Assembly (NCBI GenBank): GCA_049659625.1
Contig: JBASPX010000049.1
Location: forward strand, 12,060-76,059
Direction: 5' to 3'
DNA from: Candidatus Saccharicenans sp.
GTDB taxonomy: Bacteria > Acidobacteriota > Aminicenantia > Aminicenantales > Saccharicenantaceae
DNA: 64,000 bases
Shown here: piece by piece, positions 1-9,449 of the stretch
Layout: every line of letters starts with the position of its first letter
Position numbering within the stretch: position 1 is the stretch's first letter
The notes under the pieces: model-generated
What the model was told of the DNA's origin: nothing
What the model saw: only the letters and a program-made list of their open reading frames with translations
The model's database searches: none
Position numbers and translations under genes: made by a program

Positions 1-1063
1 CGGCTGCCCGGAAAAAAGGCGGCCAGGGCCTGACCGCCCCCGCATGTTTCGGGTAGATGGACACCCCGTAATAATCGACGCTGTCGTTCATCTTGCGGTC
101 GTCCGGCGTCCCGTCCCAGGATGGACGGCTGAACAGACCTGGAATGGCCGAATGGCTGGTCACCACCGATTCGGGGAAAACTTCCTTTATCGCTCTGGCT
201 TTGAGCGCCAGGTCTTCGGCCAGCTTGTCCGAGATGTACTCCTGCCAGTCCACATAATCGGTATAGGTCAGAATTGTTCCGAAGCGGGGAGGCTCAACCT
301 CCTGAAAATCCCGGTAGGTGCGGTGCCATGCTTCGTTGAGATTATCAATCGACTGATACTTTTTCTTCAGCCAGTCTCGAAAACGGGCCTGACTCGAAGG
401 ACAGTAGCAGAACATGAGATACCTGAGGTCGCCAAGGTGATAAACCTCCGACCAGTTGATGATGTGCGGCTCACTCCACAGGTCCCATCCGTAGAAAGCT
501 GGTTTCCCCTTAACCGCCCGGGCAGCTTCTCTGAAAAAGTTCAGCACTTTTTCCCGGACGCCAGGATGGTCGAAACAGAAACCTGGAGAAGACTGAGAAT
601 GAACCCTGAGGTCGTTGGAAGCGACAAAAGCTGAATCCGGGTATTTCTTCCCGACCCACTCCGGCGCGGAGTCGATGTAGACCTGACAGATAACTTTCAG
701 CCCGACTTCAGCCGCCAGGTCGGTCAGAAGCTGCAGGCTGGAGAAATCGTACTTTCCCTCCTCCTTTTCGTTGTAGGCCCACTCAACCCAGCAACGCACG
801 GTGTTAAAGCCGAGTTTTTTGATCTGTTCCAGGTCCTTCTTCCATTCTGAGCGGGAAGAAGCGGTCACCGCTTCTATCATCGGCGCTCTGACCTTTCCGC
901 CGGTATACCAGACAGCCACCGGTAAAAAATTTTCGGGCGAGGACATTCTGCTGAATTTTTCCTGACCCGCTCCACCAGAACTGGATCTGACCTGAAGCAC
1001 GAGGGCAAAGTGAATCAAAGGCAGGAGAAGAAGAATTCTTTTAAACTCGTGTTTAATTTTCAT
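1..1063 (-). CDS. Secreted glycoside hydrolase, GH42-like beta-galactosidase (N-terminal part; C-terminus runs off the left edge)
   Basis: Absent from the ORF track because it is open at the window edge. My translation of the minus strand from ATG 1063..1061 (GAGAGGTGGGT just upstream) gives MKIKHEFKRILLLLPLIHFALVLQ (signal peptide). It continues ...FNTVRCWVEWAYNEKEEGKYDF...PEWVGKKYPD...WDLWSEPH...CYCPSSQARFRDWLKKKYQSIDNLNEAWHRTY, a GH42-type TIM-barrel pattern. The + ORF 44..634 is its antisense shadow. Confidence 0.65.
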   Translation of the reverse strand, partial: MKIKHEFKRILLLLPLIHFALVLQVRSSSGGAGQEKFSRMSSPENFLPVAVWYTGGKVRAPMIEAVTASSRSEWKKDLEQIKKLGFNTVRCWVEWAYNEKEEGKYDFSSLQLLTDLAAEVGLKVICQVYIDSAPEWVGKKYPDSAFVASNDLRVHSQSSPGFCFDHPGVREKVLNFFREAARAVKGKPAFYGWDLWSEPHIINWSEVYHLGDLRYLMFCYCPSSQARFRDWLKKKYQSIDNLNEAWHRTYRDFQEVEPPRFGTILTYTDYVDWQEYISDKLAEDLALKARAIKEVFPESVVTSHSAIPGLFSRPSWDGTPDDRKMNDSVDYYGVSIYPKHAGAVRPWPPFFRAA

Positions 1064-1361
1064 ACCCACCTCTCTTTTTAATCCGTCGTTTTTTTTGTTA
1101 TGTATGAATATTATCGACAATTGAGAAATTTTTTTCACCTTTTTGAATTCCGGGCGAGACTATTTTTGCTCGTTGATAACCAATCCATCATTCCGCGCAC
1201 TTATACTGCGAACTGCTCTTAGCTACCGAAGCGCAAGGCCACCGAGCGCCGCCAGCAGGCACAGGATTAAGGCCGATGAACGAAAAACTTATCTGGAGAA
1301 ATATTTCAGGACTGGTTCAGGATGAAAAAGCAAATCTTTTGAAATCCGTCGTCCGAAAGGA

Positions 1362-2525
1362 TTATTTAACAGTCTGACCGCGGAAGGTTCTGGCAACTGT
1401 CTGCAGAAGTTCCGGACGCCCCCGGTGATAATCGGCCGTTATTTCCCAGATGATGACGCCGGCCGCGCCTTTCTCCAGCACATAGCGACATTTCCGGAAA
1501 ACCGAGCGAATGTCGTCAAAAGAAATCAGCATATCCCGGCCGGGACTCAGAAGAAAAGGAACCTGGCTGCAGAAATCCCAGTTGTATTTCCAGCCGGAAG
1601 CCAGCAGTTTCTGTATGTCTGAATAATTGTAAGACTGGCTTTCGGTAAAACGACTGTAGAGTTTTCCGGTGTTGAAAGATCGGCCAAAGAATGCAATTCC
1701 CAGAAGAAGTTTCTCAAGAGGAATCTCTCTTATGATGGCATAGGTGAAACTGTCGTCGAAAGAACCGCAGGGGTCGTTCTGACAGGTGTAAAGGGGTGAG
1801 TTGTGACCGGAATGGTCACTCCAGGGACCATGATAATCATAGGTCATAAAGGAAATGTAATCAAAATAAGGATGAAGTTCTTCAAAATTTATCCATCTTC
1901 CCCAGTAAGGACCAGAAGGAGCGGCCACAGTCAGAAGGCGCGGCGGGGCCATCGCTTTGAGAGCGGTTGAAAGCTCTCGAACGAGGGCTGAAAAATTCCG
2001 ACTTTCCTCTTCGCTGGAGACAAACTCCCAGTCGAGATCCACCCCGTCATAACCATGGGTATTACAGAAATCCACCAGCTGCGATATGAAGCGGCTTCGC
2101 TTCTCCGGAGAGGCGGCCATCGCGGGAAAACCGCTGCAATTTCCCCAGCCGCCGAGACTCAAAAGAACTTTAACGGAATACCGGTGAGCTTCCGAAATGA
2201 GTTCGGGATAAAGAAAATCGCTGTAAAAAGCCAGATGGCCCTCGCTGTCCGGCCAGGCGAAGGCATGCGCTAAATGGGTCAGGCTGGAAAAATCGATCAG
2301 GGTGTGATTGAATTCGGATTTTTTCCACCCCGGGTAATAGCCGATGATCACCCTGGAAATGGGCGAACTTTTAACGGCAGTTTTTTCCTTCCGGACAAAT
2401 TCCCGTCCGAGCTGCTGGCTGCTGGCCTGGACCAGAAAAACTGTCAGCAGAAGAAGACATACCGGGATAAAAAGAAAAGAAAACTGATTTTTGATCCTGA
2501 TGACGATTCTGTCTGACTTCATCAT
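1362..2525 (-). CDS. GH18 family glycosyl hydrolase (chitinase-like), signal-anchored
   Basis: 387-aa ORF with the GH18 catalytic motif DxxDxDxE as YDGVDLDWEF. N-terminal hydrophobic segment FSFLFIPVCLLLLTVFLVQA. Confidence 0.8.
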   Translation of the reverse strand: MMKSDRIVIRIKNQFSFLFIPVCLLLLTVFLVQASSQQLGREFVRKEKTAVKSSPISRVIIGYYPGWKKSEFNHTLIDFSSLTHLAHAFAWPDSEGHLAFYSDFLYPELISEAHRYSVKVLLSLGGWGNCSGFPAMAASPEKRSRFISQLVDFCNTHGYDGVDLDWEFVSSEEESRNFSALVRELSTALKAMAPPRLLTVAAPSGPYWGRWINFEELHPYFDYISFMTYDYHGPWSDHSGHNSPLYTCQNDPCGSFDDSFTYAIIREIPLEKLLLGIAFFGRSFNTGKLYSRFTESQSYNYSDIQKLLASGWKYNWDFCSQVPFLLSPGRDMLISFDDIRSVFRKCRYVLEKGAAGVIIWEITADYHRGRPELLQTVARTFRGQTVK

Positions 2526-2694
2526 GCCGTTAACCTCTCCTGAGATTCAGTCGTCTCAGCTTACGGGAGTTTCTCGCCTTTTTTATTTTTATTTTTTCAC
2601 TGTATTTTTTTACAGAAACAGAAGCATGTCCAGCCAGATTCTCTTGCCTCGAATAGATGGCCGGGCTGAAGATTTATCTCCGGATCGAAATAAA

Positions 2695-3918
2695 TCAGGC
2701 CAGCAGGATTTTCAATTCATCCAGGCGACGGGCAATGTTCACCCCGCGGACGCATTTTGCCTGACACTGCTGGCAATCGGCGCAGAGCTTGAGGCTTCTT
2801 TCAGGTTCGAGCCCGTCAAGAGCCTCACGCGCCTGGTAGAAATTGCCATAGCTGGCGGCGTACATATGCGCCCTGAGCACAGCCGGTATGTCCACTCCCT
2901 TCGGGCAGGTTTGCAGGCACTGTCCGCAGGCCCGGCAGACGGCAGCCATCTGCCGCTTTACCAGCCGGTCTTCCAGAAATTTTTTCTCCTCCTCCGTGTA
3001 TTCCAGATCGCTGGCCACCGGAATATCAGTATTCAGCTGCTCGAAAGTGGTAAATCCGGGAACGGCCGTGGCCATAAACTCATGGCGGAGAACCCATTTG
3101 AGCAGGGCGCTGTGAATGATCGGTCCTTCGTAAAAACGCCTCATTTCGGGTGGAACGGATTCCCGGTACCAGGCCTGCTGGCACTGGGTTTTCATGGCCA
3201 CCAGCCCTATGCCCTGAGCCGCCGCCTGTTTAAGTGTCTCCAGATACTCAGCATAGTCATAGAGTGAATAATTGAGCGTGGTCAGTATGACATCGTAAAC
3301 TTTAACTTCCATGGCCGCCCTGATCACTTCATTCATATTCTGATGGGTGCTGAAACCTATAAACCTGACCTTCTTCTGTTCTTTAAGGGCAAGCAGCGAT
3401 TCTATCAGGGCCGGATTCTTCACCCAGTCAGGGTCGGAGACATCATGGGAATAGAGGATGTCCACGTAATCTGTCTGCAGGCGGCGAAGACTTTCTTCCA
3501 GCATCCGGCGGTGAATTTCTTTCATTTCATTGAGCGGAAGATTGCGCTGCTGGGGCCGGAGGAGAATTTTGGTGGCGATCACCACTCTGTCCCTGGCTTT
3601 GAGCTCTTTCACCAGCACCTGACCGACCATTTCTTCGTTTCGTCCTCGCTGGTACACATAAGCGGTATCAAAATGCCGGATGCCCAGTTCGTAAGCTCGC
3701 CGCACCAGTTCAGGATTGTCGGCGTTCATCACTCCCATCGAAACTATCGGGACCCTCAAGCCAGTGCGGCCAATAGTTCTGAGTATCAGCCCACTCTCTC
3801 TTTCAAGATTTTCTGAAGCTTCCCGGGCAGAGGAAGACCGGCTGAAAGATAAAATACCGGCGATTGTCCAGCCGGCTGTTTCCAGGAATTTTCTTCTATT
3901 TAAGACATTTCTGGCCAT
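2695..3918 (-). CDS. Aldo/keto reductase with C-terminal 2x[4Fe-4S]-type Cys motifs and a Tat leader
   Basis: 407 aa. N-terminus NRRKFLETAGWTIAGILSF (twin-arginine motif). AKR core (GIRHFDTAYVYQRGRNEEMVG, VDILYSHD). C-terminus CRACGQCLQTCP and CADCQQCQAKC ferredoxin-like clusters. Confidence 0.8.
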   Translation of the reverse strand: MARNVLNRRKFLETAGWTIAGILSFSRSSSAREASENLERESGLILRTIGRTGLRVPIVSMGVMNADNPELVRRAYELGIRHFDTAYVYQRGRNEEMVGQVLVKELKARDRVVIATKILLRPQQRNLPLNEMKEIHRRMLEESLRRLQTDYVDILYSHDVSDPDWVKNPALIESLLALKEQKKVRFIGFSTHQNMNEVIRAAMEVKVYDVILTTLNYSLYDYAEYLETLKQAAAQGIGLVAMKTQCQQAWYRESVPPEMRRFYEGPIIHSALLKWVLRHEFMATAVPGFTTFEQLNTDIPVASDLEYTEEEKKFLEDRLVKRQMAAVCRACGQCLQTCPKGVDIPAVLRAHMYAASYGNFYQAREALDGLEPERSLKLCADCQQCQAKCVRGVNIARRLDELKILLA

Positions 3919-4020
3919 CAGAATTTTCTCCTGATTGATTTCCGGTTCTAAATTTTTATATCCTTTATTAGAGAATCGGTCAAGAAAATTGTGCCCGGCA
4001 AACTTTCCATCATCAGGATT

Positions 4021-4266
4021 TCATAATCCCAGCCAGTAGAAGAGCTGAAGAAAAACTGGCATACTCACAATTGAGGTCAGCGCGCTGGCTACGAATAGTT
4101 GATTTACAAAAGCTCGATTCCCTCCTGCCCTCCCGACCATAACCGGCACGATGGTCAGAGGCGGAACAGCCAACTGCAAAATTATAATAAGAGATAATGG
4201 CTGGCTGATTCCCGAAAACTTCAGGACCAGCAGGCCGATAGCCGGAAAAAGAAAGTTTTTAATCAA
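4021..4266 (-). CDS. AEC family transporter, C-terminal fragment (81 aa) of the same split gene
   Basis: IKNFLFPAIGLLVLKF...VPVMVGRAGGN... is a hydrophobic C-terminal portion. It becomes contiguous with 4278..4952 if one base is added to the homopolymer at 4291..4296. Confidence 0.6.
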   Translation of the reverse strand: MIKNFLFPAIGLLVLKFSGISQPLSLIIILQLAVPPLTIVPVMVGRAGGNRAFVNQLFVASALTSIVSMPVFLQLFYWLGL

Positions 4267-4277
4267 AATGAATTTAA

Positions 4278-4952
4278 TTATATGGCCGGGAAAAAACGTC
4301 CGGTTTCAGTCAGATCCAGATATATATTGCCCCCCAGAATCAGAAAAATAAGCGGAGTGGAAAGAGAACCTATAGCCATAAAGGTATTTTTCATAAAAAC
4401 CGGCAGATAAACATCAAGCGAGGTTAGCTTGAGTACGATGGCCAGAAGTGTAGCCAGAAAAACCGGGGAGATAATTCTCCGCCAGCTGGCTTTCTGTTTC
4501 ACCCGGAGAACAGCGGGAATTACCAGGAAGAAAAAGCTCGGATAGAACATCATGAAAATCAAAAGTATGGCCACTTCCCCGGAATCAGACCCGAACAGGC
4601 CGGACATCAGTGCCAGCGGGAAAAATATTCCGTTCTGGAAAAACAGAGAAAGAAAGAACTCTTTATTTCCCCTGACAATAAAGGTGGAAACCAGAGAAAG
4701 TAAAAAAAGAAAAGCTGTCAGTATCATCCACCATAGAGGATACAGGTACCACCGTTCAAAAGCAGCCGGATCAAAATTCTTGATGATCAGGCTGAAGGTA
4801 AAAAAGGGTAGAGCCAGGTCTATACCCAGAAAAGAAAGGAATTTTAGAATGCTTTCCTTATCCTGGACCTTCCCCCGAAAAATCAGAAAACCGACGATCG
4901 ATATCCCCAGCTGGGCAGCCACCACTTCAAAGGCTCGCCCAAAGATATCCAT
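4278..4952 (-). CDS. AEC (auxin efflux carrier) family transporter, N-terminal 224 aa of a frameshift-split gene
   Basis: Polytopic membrane ORF whose size and topology fit the AEC/permease family. It ends ...ETGRFFPAI* right after a T6 run on the coding strand. The continuation lies in another frame (4021..4266). Confidence 0.65.
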   Translation of the reverse strand: MDIFGRAFEVVAAQLGISIVGFLIFRGKVQDKESILKFLSFLGIDLALPFFTFSLIIKNFDPAAFERWYLYPLWWMILTAFLFLLSLVSTFIVRGNKEFFLSLFFQNGIFFPLALMSGLFGSDSGEVAILLIFMMFYPSFFFLVIPAVLRVKQKASWRRIISPVFLATLLAIVLKLTSLDVYLPVFMKNTFMAIGSLSTPLIFLILGGNIYLDLTETGRFFPAI

Positions 4953-5138
4953 AAAAGCCTCCCCAACTCAGTTCCAGGCTTATTTAAAGATAAATTAACT
5001 TATGACCGGTAATCTGGCAATCGTTTTCCAAAATTTTGGCCGGAATTAAAGAAAATAATTTGTTACCTGCTCGCTTCAATTTGCCAAAGGGCCAGAAAGA
5101 TATTAGAATGAAATCGAACTTTCAAGAGAATAATCAGG

Positions 5139-5876
5139 ATGAGCATCATGCATCACCATATCAATATTAAAAAACATCTGATCAACTTTCTGTTTCTTTC
5201 CCTTACTATTTCATTTTTTTCACTTCAACTCACAGGACAGCAGAAATCCACCCCGCGACCAGGCGAAGAGAGGATCCAAAGAGCCATAGAAGTGCTGAAG
5301 GATCTGGCAGGTCTGAAAGAAGAAGGCATCCCGGTGAGATTGCTGGAAAAAGCTGAAGGACTGGCCATCTTCCCGGGTGTGGTGAAGGCAGCCTGGGGCC
5401 TTGGCGGTCAGTATGGCAGGGGCATTGTGCTGATTAAAAGGCCTGACGGTCAGTGGAGCAATCCATTATTTATTGATCTGATTGGTGGAAGTCTCGGCTG
5501 GCAGATCGGGGTTCAAAAAGCTGACCTGGTGCTGGTGTTTAAGAACAGAAAGGGAGTGGAAAACATCGCCTCCAACAAAATTACCCTTGGTGCCGACATG
5601 AGTGTTGCCGCCGGTCCCGTCGGCCGGAGCGCTGAAGCCAGTACCGACCTGGAGATGGAGGCGGAAATCTACTCTTATTCCAGGAGCAAAGGCCTTTTTG
5701 CCGGAATTTCCATAAAAGGTAGTACACTCCGCGTTAATAAGGAAGCTAACAGTGCTTTTTATGGCTCCAGTCTGGAACCTTCGAAAATTCTCCACGAGAA
5801 CCTCAGGACCCCTGTCATTGTTATCCGCCTTCATCAGACAATAGATGAGCTGACCGGAAAACTGAAAAGATATTAA
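5139..5876 (+). CDS. SYLF (Ysc84/DUF500) lipid-binding domain protein with signal peptide
   Basis: 245 aa. LAIFPGVVKAAWGLGGQYGRGIVL, DLVLVF, GADMSVAAGPVGR and YSYSRSKGLFAGISIKGSTL match the SYLF domain pattern. Confidence 0.7.
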   Translation: MSIMHHHINIKKHLINFLFLSLTISFFSLQLTGQQKSTPRPGEERIQRAIEVLKDLAGLKEEGIPVRLLEKAEGLAIFPGVVKAAWGLGGQYGRGIVLIKRPDGQWSNPLFIDLIGGSLGWQIGVQKADLVLVFKNRKGVENIASNKITLGADMSVAAGPVGRSAEASTDLEMEAEIYSYSRSKGLFAGISIKGSTLRVNKEANSAFYGSSLEPSKILHENLRTPVIVIRLHQTIDELTGKLKRY

Positions 5877-6070
5877 AAAAAGAGTTCTTGGCAGGCGTCT
5901 TGGCAAATCCATTCCAGGCACTCAGGCAACAGGGTATTATCTAAATCTATCTCCACAGGAATCTGATTGACCGGGAAAGAAAAATCCCTGCATTTCAACT
6001 CTCCGGCTGCAGGAGAAGTTTTTACGGTCACCGCGCACCGGGCGCCTCAACATCAGGGATATTAAGGAGT

Positions 6071-6916
6071 TTATAGTTTTAGCAAACTGATTGAACCGTT
6101 AGTGGTCCTCAGTTCAATCCGGGGACCCTGTCCGCTACCCATTTTTCCTTCCAGCCTTCTCCGTTTCAACTGCCCTTCGACCATAACTGGAAATTCAACC
6201 CTGATGCTGCCGTTGGTGGTTGCGGCACTGAAATAGCCATCGGGCTGAGCCTTCACTCTGATCACAATGCTACCATTAGTGGTGCGGGCTTCAAGGTCGT
6301 CAGACACCTCATCCAGTTCCAGCTCGATGCTGCCGTTTGTCGTTCTCAGATTGCATTTACCTCTGATCTGTTTTAGCTCTATATTCCCGTTGGTGGTCAC
6401 GGCTTCCAGCCATTCAGTCCGGAAACTTCCCGAGATACTGCCGTTGGTCGTGCGCAAACTGGCCCTGGCAAATTTACCATTAAGTAACAGGCGGCCGTTT
6501 ACAGTCCTTATCAGCTCAAGAGCCATGTTTTCAGGTACGGTTATTTCATAATCAACCTTAACCTGAAGGTTCCTTTTTTCATGAATGGTTTCAACCAGCA
6601 CCGACTTTTCTCCACTGATGACTTCAATTCTTACTTTATCCAAATCTTCCTTTCTCCAGCGAGCGTATTTGGTGGCATTTATGGTCACCTCCATCACCGG
6701 TGAGCTGAAGATGGTAACTGATCCGTTGATGTTTGATATAGAAAAAGACCCGGGTTCTTTAACAGCTATGGTCTGAGTGAACCGTTCCTCATATTTATAG
6801 GTGGCATCGATATATCCAGCACAGGCAGAAGTTAAAGCCACCACCAGACAAATTATCATGACGAGCATGAAGAATCCGAATCTGACAGAAACACTGTCCA
6901 ATCTGGAATATTTCAT
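6071..6916 (-). CDS. DUF4097-type beta-helical repeat protein (putative adhesin), N-terminal membrane anchor
   Basis: 281 aa with about 8 copies of a (R/A/V)TTNGSI-x repeat (RTTNGSISGSF, VTTNGNIELKQ, RTTNGSIELEL, RTTNGSIVIRV, ATTNGSIRVEF, RTTNGSISLLK). Confidence 0.7.
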   Translation of the reverse strand: MKYSRLDSVSVRFGFFMLVMIICLVVALTSACAGYIDATYKYEERFTQTIAVKEPGSFSISNINGSVTIFSSPVMEVTINATKYARWRKEDLDKVRIEVISGEKSVLVETIHEKRNLQVKVDYEITVPENMALELIRTVNGRLLLNGKFARASLRTTNGSISGSFRTEWLEAVTTNGNIELKQIRGKCNLRTTNGSIELELDEVSDDLEARTTNGSIVIRVKAQPDGYFSAATTNGSIRVEFPVMVEGQLKRRRLEGKMGSGQGPRIELRTTNGSISLLKL

Positions 6917-7270
6917 CTTGCCTCCCTCGCACAGAATTTTTATCCTAAATTAAACCAGACCTAACCTGCATACATAAAAGACGAAATTTATTAGGCTATG
7001 GTTCCGTTCTGATAATTATTTCTGAAAATAGTCTTCTGGTTAATTTTATTTGAATGAACCATGTGCTGTTTCTTTCCGTTTAAGATTAAAGGAGCCCTGA
7101 TTAAGGCCGGGTCAGAGCCGGCAGTCTGAATCTACCGGCCACTGAATTACTAATTGAAGGAGAAGAGAGAATTGACCCGGAAGAAAAATAACCTTTTCCA
7201 TCATCAAAATTGATTTAACTGAGGGTTTTCAATATTCTATGGAAGAAAACCTTCGACTCTGGAGGAAATC

Positions 7271-9418
7271 ATGAAAAAATTCTCATTTATACTCAGCCTG
7301 ATTTTATGTTTGTCCTTTCTGAATTCCGTATCTTCTTTCGCCATTCCGGTTCAAAAAGAAGACCCGGTCCAGAAAATTACCGGGCACTGGGAAGGAGCCA
7401 TTGAGCTGCCGGGGATGAAACTGGAAATCCAGGTGGATTTTAAGCTGTCAGCAGAAAAAAAGCTCGAAGGCACGATATCGATCCCGATGCAAAAGGCCAG
7501 AGACCTACCTCTCTCTGACCTCAGGCTTGAGGACAGCGAAATCAGTTTTGCTATTTCGGGCGTGCCGGGAAACCCGGTTTTCAAGGGAAAACTGGATGAA
7601 GGCGGAAAAAAGATCTCCGGCACTTTCAGTCAGTCCGGACAGAGCTTCCCCTTTACTCTGAATCAGGGAGATGATCCGGTAGCCCGCGCCAGAAAAGCCC
7701 TCGAGGGTACCGATGAAATCATCAACAAAGCCCTGGCCGATTTAAAGGTCCCCGGTCTGGCCCTGGCGGTTATCAAAGATAAAGAAATCATCCTGCTCAA
7801 AGGATACGGTTATCGCGACCTGGAAAACAGGCTGCCGATGACTCCGGACACCCTCCTGGCCATCGGCTCGGCCAGTAAAGCCTTCACCACCTTCGCTCTC
7901 GCCCGTCTGGTGGATGAAGGGAAAATGAGCTGGGATAAACCGGTGCGAACCTACATCCCCTGGTTCCGGCTTTCCGACTCGCTGATCACCGAGAGAATAA
8001 CCCCGCGCGACCTGGTTACTCATCGCTCGGGGCTTCCCCGTCATGACCTGGTCTGGTACAACAATTACCAGATAAGCCGGGAAGAGCTCGTCCAACGTCT
8101 GGCCCATCTTCAATTCACGGCCGACCTGCGAGAAAAATTCCAGTACAACAACCTCATGTATCTCACCGCCGGCTATCTTCTGGAAATACTGACCGGGAAG
8201 ACCTGGGAACAGGCGATAAGAGAACTGGTTTTCGAACCGCTCCAGATGAAAAGGTCAAACTTTTCGGTGCTGGATTCTCAGAAAGACCAGGATTTTGCTC
8301 AGCCCTACGCTTACCGCCAGAAGAAAATGGAAAAAATCCCGTTTCGCATCATAACCAACATGGGACCGGCCGGTTCCATCAATTCCTCTGTGCGGGAAAT
8401 GAGCAACTGGGTGCTGGTCCACCTGAACGAGGGAAAATTTGACCAGAAACAGTTGCTTAACCCGGCAACGATGGAAGACCTTCATCTTCCCTACATGCCA
8501 ATAGCCCAGACACCACCGACTGTTCACCTGAGCCCGGCCAGCTACGCGCTCGGCTGGTTTGTTGACCATTACCGAGGTCACCAGAGAGTTTATCACGGTG
8601 GAAATATCGACGGTTTTTCGGCACTGGTCAGCATGCTCCCGAAGGATGGTTTCGGGTTTGTGGTTCTTACTAATCGTAACGGGACACCTCTGCCCGAACT
8701 CCTCGTCCGGACTCTCACTGACAGGCTCCTCGGACTGGAAGCGGTCGACTGGATCGGTGAGGCCGCTCGCAACATGGCTAAGGGCGAAGAACTGGAAGCT
8801 CAGGCGGAGCAGAAGGCGCAAACTCGCCGGGTTAAGGGCACCCGCCCGGCTCACCCGCTTGAAGAGTATGCCGGCACTTATTTTCATCCGGGTTATGGAG
8901 AGCTGAAAGTTATGCTCAAAGATAAAAAGCTTTCATTTATCTACAATGGCATCACCACACCGCTCGAACACTGGCATTATGAAACCTTTAACGGCCTTCG
9001 CGGGGACGATCCCACGTTTGAAAACATGAAGATCACCTTTGAAACAGATGCCAGCGGAATGGTGGCGGCGCTGTCAGCGCCGTTCGAGCCGGCGGCCGAC
9101 CCGATCAGATTCCAGAAAAAACCGGACGAGAAATTTTACGACCCGGGCTTCCTTAAAAAATTTGTCGGCAAATACAGCCTTATGGAACAGGTAATCTCTG
9201 TGGATCTTAAAGGTGAGGTGCTGACCCTGACCGTGCCCGGTCAACCGGTTTACGAACTGGTTCCGGTGCCGGGCGACGAGTTCACCCTGAAACAGGTTTC
9301 CGTCGTCAGAATAAAATTTATCGTCGACCAGAAAGGTGAAGCGGTCGCTCTGGAAGTTTCGCAGCCCGACGGTGTGTTCGAATACAAACGACTGCCAGAA
9401 TCAACCGGGAAAAAATAG
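7271..9418 (+). CDS. Serine hydrolase of the beta-lactamase/transpeptidase superfamily (class C-like) with extra N- and C-terminal domains
   Basis: 715 aa, signal peptide, SxxK (GSASKAFT), YxN (YNNLMY), HGG (VYHGGNIDGF). SD GGAGGAAATC precedes the ATG. Confidence 0.85.
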   Translation: MKKFSFILSLILCLSFLNSVSSFAIPVQKEDPVQKITGHWEGAIELPGMKLEIQVDFKLSAEKKLEGTISIPMQKARDLPLSDLRLEDSEISFAISGVPGNPVFKGKLDEGGKKISGTFSQSGQSFPFTLNQGDDPVARARKALEGTDEIINKALADLKVPGLALAVIKDKEIILLKGYGYRDLENRLPMTPDTLLAIGSASKAFTTFALARLVDEGKMSWDKPVRTYIPWFRLSDSLITERITPRDLVTHRSGLPRHDLVWYNNYQISREELVQRLAHLQFTADLREKFQYNNLMYLTAGYLLEILTGKTWEQAIRELVFEPLQMKRSNFSVLDSQKDQDFAQPYAYRQKKMEKIPFRIITNMGPAGSINSSVREMSNWVLVHLNEGKFDQKQLLNPATMEDLHLPYMPIAQTPPTVHLSPASYALGWFVDHYRGHQRVYHGGNIDGFSALVSMLPKDGFGFVVLTNRNGTPLPELLVRTLTDRLLGLEAVDWIGEAARNMAKGEELEAQAEQKAQTRRVKGTRPAHPLEEYAGTYFHPGYGELKVMLKDKKLSFIYNGITTPLEHWHYETFNGLRGDDPTFENMKITFETDASGMVAALSAPFEPAADPIRFQKKPDEKFYDPGFLKKFVGKYSLMEQVISVDLKGEVLTLTVPGQPVYELVPVPGDEFTLKQVSVVRIKFIVDQKGEAVALEVSQPDGVFEYKRLPESTGKK

Positions 9419-9449
9419 AAATCAACAGAATCTGCGGAATTTCAGCCTG

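Noticed and set aside
44-634. 196-aa + strand ORF at the left edge
   Set aside because: It is antisense to the edge-truncated GH42-like gene, which gives a far more convincing translation with a signal peptide and conserved motifs.
1143-1325. 60-aa ORF between the GH42-like and GH18 genes
   Set aside because: It has no SD and its composition is not protein-like. It lies in the promoter region of the GH42-like gene.
6071-6916. Repetitive signal in the DUF4097 gene as a DNA tandem repeat or CRISPR-like array
   Set aside because: The periodicity is at the protein level (TTNGSI repeats with divergent codons). The gene is one continuous ORF with no repeat-spacer structure.
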